A stretch of DNA of 64,000 bases from Myxococcota bacterium (GTDB lineage Bacteria > Myxococcota_A > UBA9160 > SZUA-336): NCBI GenBank assembly GCA_965247115.1, contig CBDFGR010000002.1:768001-832000 (forward strand), given 5' to 3'. A model generated the notes under the pieces. That model worked only from the letters and a program-made list of their open reading frames with translations, was not told where the DNA came from and did no database searches. The position numbers and the translations under genes were made by a program. Shown here one piece after another: positions 60,213-64,000 of the stretch (position 1 is its first letter; the number at the start of each line of letters is the position of its first letter).

Positions 60213-61712
60213 CTATCGAGCCCTCTGCGTTTGATCTCTGCTTGTGGGTCGCAACGTCAACCGGTGAGCTCGGATCGACGTCTCGACGACGAGGTCCCCG
60301 GCCTGCGAGGCAAGGCGCGCATCTCCCTCGACCTGCCAACGGCCAGGGTCGTCGAGCCCGGTGATGTGGAAGCGCGTCGGCTGGCCCTCGACAGCGTCGT
60401 TCTGCGGATGGAGTCGAAGGCGGAGTACGTTCTCTTCCCAACGCGCTTCGGCGAGCGCGAGCGTGGGGAAGTCGACGCCCTCGATGAGACCGGGCTGCTT
60501 CGCGAGCGGCGCTTCGGACAGACGCGCCCAGGCCCCGGGGCTCACGACCTCGGCGGCGGCGAGGAAGCCGTTGTACTGACCGCGCGGGTACTCTTCGGCA
60601 AGTCCGAGGCCCCAGGTGAATTCGCCCCTGGCGCGGTCCCATGTCGGCTCGTAGTTCGCATCGAGTCCGCTCCAGATTGCGGCCTCGAGCTCGTCGAGTC
60701 CCCACTCGCGCGAGAGGAACCACGCGATGGCGTTGATCCGGTGATCCCTCAGGTTGGTGAGCCCGCCGCTCGAGATGCCGGCTCTTGCGGCCGCAGCGTC
60801 GAAGAGACGCCGAGCCTCCTCTGGCACCTGCGGTGCCAGGTAGAAGCAGTAGGTCAGCGCGAACGTGACGGGAAGACGATGATGAACCTTCAGGAGCGGG
60901 TCGTAGTAGGCCGTGACGACACCCGGGACATCGGTCTTGTCGAGGCCCAGATACTCCCGCCGCGCATGGACCCACCACGGATCGAAGGCCGCCGCGTGGA
61001 GCCTCGTCCCGTGCCGGTTGTCGTGGAGCCTCAGACCGAGGCCCGCGCCGCTCAGTCAGAGCGGCCAGACCTTCGTATTCTCGCAGTGGCAGCCCTCCGG
61101 CCGTTCCTTCCACTGATTCGCCAGGTGTGAGGCGATCGTCGTGTGCGACCAGCGGAAGGTGTTCTCGCCGTCCCGGATCATGTCGAACGGCTCGTTCCAA
61201 CGATCGTTCGTCGCGATCATGGACCGCAGACCCAGGAGCACCAGGAAGAAGCCCTTGTAGAAGAGCATTCCGTCTGCGGCGATGGGATCCATCTGGATGC
61301 CCCAGGGTTCGACACCGTTGGCCGTCCAGCCGGGCACGTCGTAGTTCCCCCAGAGCTCAGTGGGAATCAGGAGTCGATAGACGTCCGGATAGTCGGCGCG
61401 GTCCGGATCGTGACCGAACTGGGTGAGCCAGTCGTTCGCCGACCACCAGCCCGTGTGACGCTCGATCAGTTGATCGAGCACCTCGACGTAGGGCTCGCGC
61501 CACGCGGGAGTCATCTGCGCCATGAGGCCCATCGCGTAGCTCGAGTCGGTGAGATCGAAGCGAGGCCACGAAGCCATGGGCGGGTCGGACCGATCGTCCC
61601 AGTGCGGATGTGGCCGGCCCTCGCGGTTCCAGTCGTCGGGGGTATGGGCCTTCCTGTGCAGATACCGGAGCCATCCCAGCGATCGATCCGAGAGTTCCGT
61701 TGCTGCTGTCAT
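60213..61712 (-). CDS. Linalool dehydratase/isomerase-like protein, putative selenoprotein (499 aa, Sec at codon 219)
   Basis: One continuous frame apart from TGA at 61056-61058; DPIAADGMLFYKGF and CENTKVWPL*LSGAGLGLRLHDNRHG parallel LinD motifs. Confidence 0.75.
61026..61044 (-). promoter_or_regulatory. Putative bacterial SECIS hairpin
   Basis: UGA, 11 nt, then GGGCCUC-GGUCU-GAGGCUC (7-bp stem with one G-U pair, GGUCU loop). Confidence 0.7.
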
Positions 61713-61884
61713 GGCCTGCCGCCTGGTCCATCTCAAAAGGAGAACCTTCTGCCACGTGTATCATTGGCGCGTTCGCGGCGCCACGTCGCGGCGAGGGGAA
61801 AGCAATGCGACGTTCCGTCTCTATGCCCAGATCCCCGTTTCGCCGGAGGGCGAAGGCGGACTGGGACAGACCTGCACCGGCCGC

Positions 61885-61945
61885 TCGTATTCCCCCAACG
61901 CGGAGCGCGACTTCCCGAGTCTGGTCTACTGGGGCGATACCGACG
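61885..61945 (+). pseudogene. DUF3604-like N-terminal fragment
   Basis: SYSPNAERDFPSLVYWGDT. Confidence 0.45.
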
Positions 61946-61947
61946 CG

Positions 61948-62574
61948 CTAAAGCCTCGTGCGGTAGTCCTCTTCGACGTGCTTGTCGATCTCGTCCGCGC
62001 TCGGGCCTTCGCCGCCCGACCACTTGGTGAACATCTTCCCAAAGGAGAACTTGACCCGCTCCGACCAGCTGTCCGGCTGCCACAGCTTGGAGCGCATCAA
62101 CGCCTTCGCGCAGTGGAAGAAGCACTCGTCGACGCGCACGCGGATCGCCAGCACGGCGGGCTTGCCGCGCGCGGCCATGCGCTGCAGCAGCTCCGGATCC
62201 GAAGTCAGCTCCGCCGTCCCGTTCACGCGGACGGTCTCGGGCGTGCCCGGCAGCAGGAAGAGCAGACCGACGTGCGGATTCTCCAGGATGTTCGAGAGAC
62301 CGTACACGAGCTTGTTCCCCGGGCGGTCGGGGATCACGAGCGTGTGTTCGTCCTCGACGATCACGAACCCGGGACCATCCCCTTTGGGCGAGGTGTCCTG
62401 GTTGCCCTGCGCGTCGGAGGTCGACAGGACCAAGAACGGCGAGCGCTGGATGAAGTCGATGGAGTACTCGTCGAGCGCGGACGTGTTCTTCAGATCGATC
62501 CCGCGCATCTTCTCGCCGATCACGGCGCGGAGCGCCTCGGGCGTCGCGATACGGTGGGCTTCGGAATCAAGCAT
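61948..62574 (-). CDS. Pyridoxamine 5'-phosphate oxidase-like FMN-binding protein (MSMEG_1061 type)
   Basis: SPKGDGPGFV, IPDRPGN, FFHCAKALMRSKLW. Confidence 0.9.
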   Translation of the reverse strand: MLDSEAHRIATPEALRAVIGEKMRGIDLKNTSALDEYSIDFIQRSPFLVLSTSDAQGNQDTSPKGDGPGFVIVEDEHTLVIPDRPGNKLVYGLSNILENPHVGLLFLLPGTPETVRVNGTAELTSDPELLQRMAARGKPAVLAIRVRVDECFFHCAKALMRSKLWQPDSWSERVKFSFGKMFTKWSGGEGPSADEIDKHVEEDYRTRL

Positions 62575-62712
62575 GGCGGACCTCCTAGAGTTCGGAGCCG
62601 CGAACCGATCTTGCACCGTGGAGCGCATAGAATCGATCGGGCTCGGTACATACTAGACGACGCGGCGCAATCATGGAACCGCTGCCCGCGGCGTGGAGCC
62701 CTCTCCCCACGC

Positions 62713-63330
62713 TCAGCTCAGGTCCGACCCCCCTTGGGCAGCAGGAGCGTCTCGTCGGCGTCGATCCGAGGCGGGGTCCCCCGAACCGCGACCCCGTAGT
62801 CTCGGGCCGCTCCCCCTGGTGAGACCTCTTCGTGGATGACGTCTTCCAGCACCGCTTCCGGCGGTCGCGACCGCGGATCGCCGTAACCCACCACCGGCGA
62901 GCCTGACCTTCAGTACGTCGTCCTTGGTGACGTTGGTCAGGAACTTGGCGGGATACTCGCGTTCCTCTCCATCGGCTCGGAGAATCGAGACGCTGGAGGG
63001 CGCACCGCTCGAACCGCCCTCGAGTCCGTACGGCAGGACGTCGCGCCGGTCGGAACGGATCTGCAGGATCGCCTCGTCGGCCAGGACACGCAGATGGCGC
63101 TCCATGGCCAGGCTGCCGCGGTAGTGACCGGCCCCGCCGCTGTCCGGCACGAATGCGTACCGGTCCACGCGCAGCGGCTGCTCCGTCTCCAGAAGCTCGG
63201 CCGGGGTATTCGAGTAGTTGATGATCATTCCGGTGCAAGTATCCATCCCGTCCCGGTCGGGGCCGCCGCCTCACGAGCCGACCAGGAACTCGAGGAAGAC
63301 AAAGGCGTGCCGTCCTTCGCGTAGCTGCCG
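62713..63330 (-). pseudogene. Hydantoinase B/oxoprolinase C-terminal fragment
   Basis: NTPAELLE, DSGGAGHYRG, PYGLEGG; GGG-YGDP frameshifted near 62890; nonsense codon at 63271. Confidence 0.75.
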
Positions 63331-64000
63331 AAGCTCAGGCCGGCATCGGGGGAGCTCGAGCCGCAGGCGGGAACCAGGTCGGGCCGGATCTTGCGAGCGC
63401 TCCGAATACGGTGTCCGCGATGCGGAACCTCGAGAGGCCGCGGGCGGCAACCGGAGCTGGCGGGACCGGGATGACGATTGTGCCCCTGGGAGCGATGACC
63501 TCGATCGCGTAGCTGCTCTCCGCACACAGGGAGGAAGCTGGGGAACCTGGCGCTCGATCTACTTGTCGAGGAGTCCTGGAGGGTCGATGTCGGAGGGGAC
63601 CGGGACTCCTATCGACCCGCCGAGCGCCCGGCGAGGTACGGAAGCGGAAACTTCCGTCGGATGGCAGCGGCAAGCCTCATTCGGTCGCGCAACGATTCCT
63701 TCTGGTGCTTTCGTCAGGTTCGTTGTTTCGCGTAGGCTTCCCGGGCGACGTTCCGGATCGGAGCCGGTGCGCGATAGCCGCGTCCAGGTCTGGTTCGGGG
63801 TCGAGAGCCGCGCTCTCGCTTGACGACGCGAAGCCCAACAGAGAGGATCTGCCGACCCGAAACATGAGACGTCTCGTCGGTCATGCCGCCCGCCGTCATA
63901 GGGGGCACCCAACGCGAGGACTACACGTGGTAGCCCTGCTGGGGCTGTGCGTCGCAGCGGCATCCGGCGGGGTGGCTCGCGCGGCTTCTCCGACCGAATT

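Noticed and set aside
63271..63273. In-frame TGA in the hydantoinase B fragment (GS*GG)
   Set aside because: The context suggests Trp (TGG to TGA) in a gene that is also frameshifted and 5'-truncated. TGA ends many intact genes here, so an alternative genetic code is also rejected.
1..64000. Apparent clustering of CTAG in intergenic and junction regions
   Set aside because: I could not quantify it. Many cases are just TAG stop codons, and several clear junctions lack it.

Overview
High-GC bacterial accessory region with no core operons. It is a genomic-island graveyard built around an intact tRNA-Thr(CGT) at 7496-7571. Four further direct copies and one inverted partial copy of the tRNA 3' half follow, each with integrase arm-type repeats (att junctions). 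Between them lies a mosaic of short cargo segments: oxidoreductases, hydrolases, amidases, a permease, an adenylate cyclase and UPF0182. Many are truncated or fused, and only C-terminal relics of tyrosine integrases remain. Mobile elements include an IS256, a 3.1 kb IS1595-family transposon carrying a methyltransferase/HNH-nuclease pair inserted in an RRM gene, and IS91/ISCR-type oriIS ends. The standout finding is a linalool dehydratase/isomerase-like gene (60213-61712, minus strand) that the ORF track splits in two. It has a single in-frame TGA at the position of the second catalytic Cys, followed 11 nt later by a SECIS-like hairpin, so it is a candidate selenoenzyme. Family assignments come from motif recognition by eye, not database searches.
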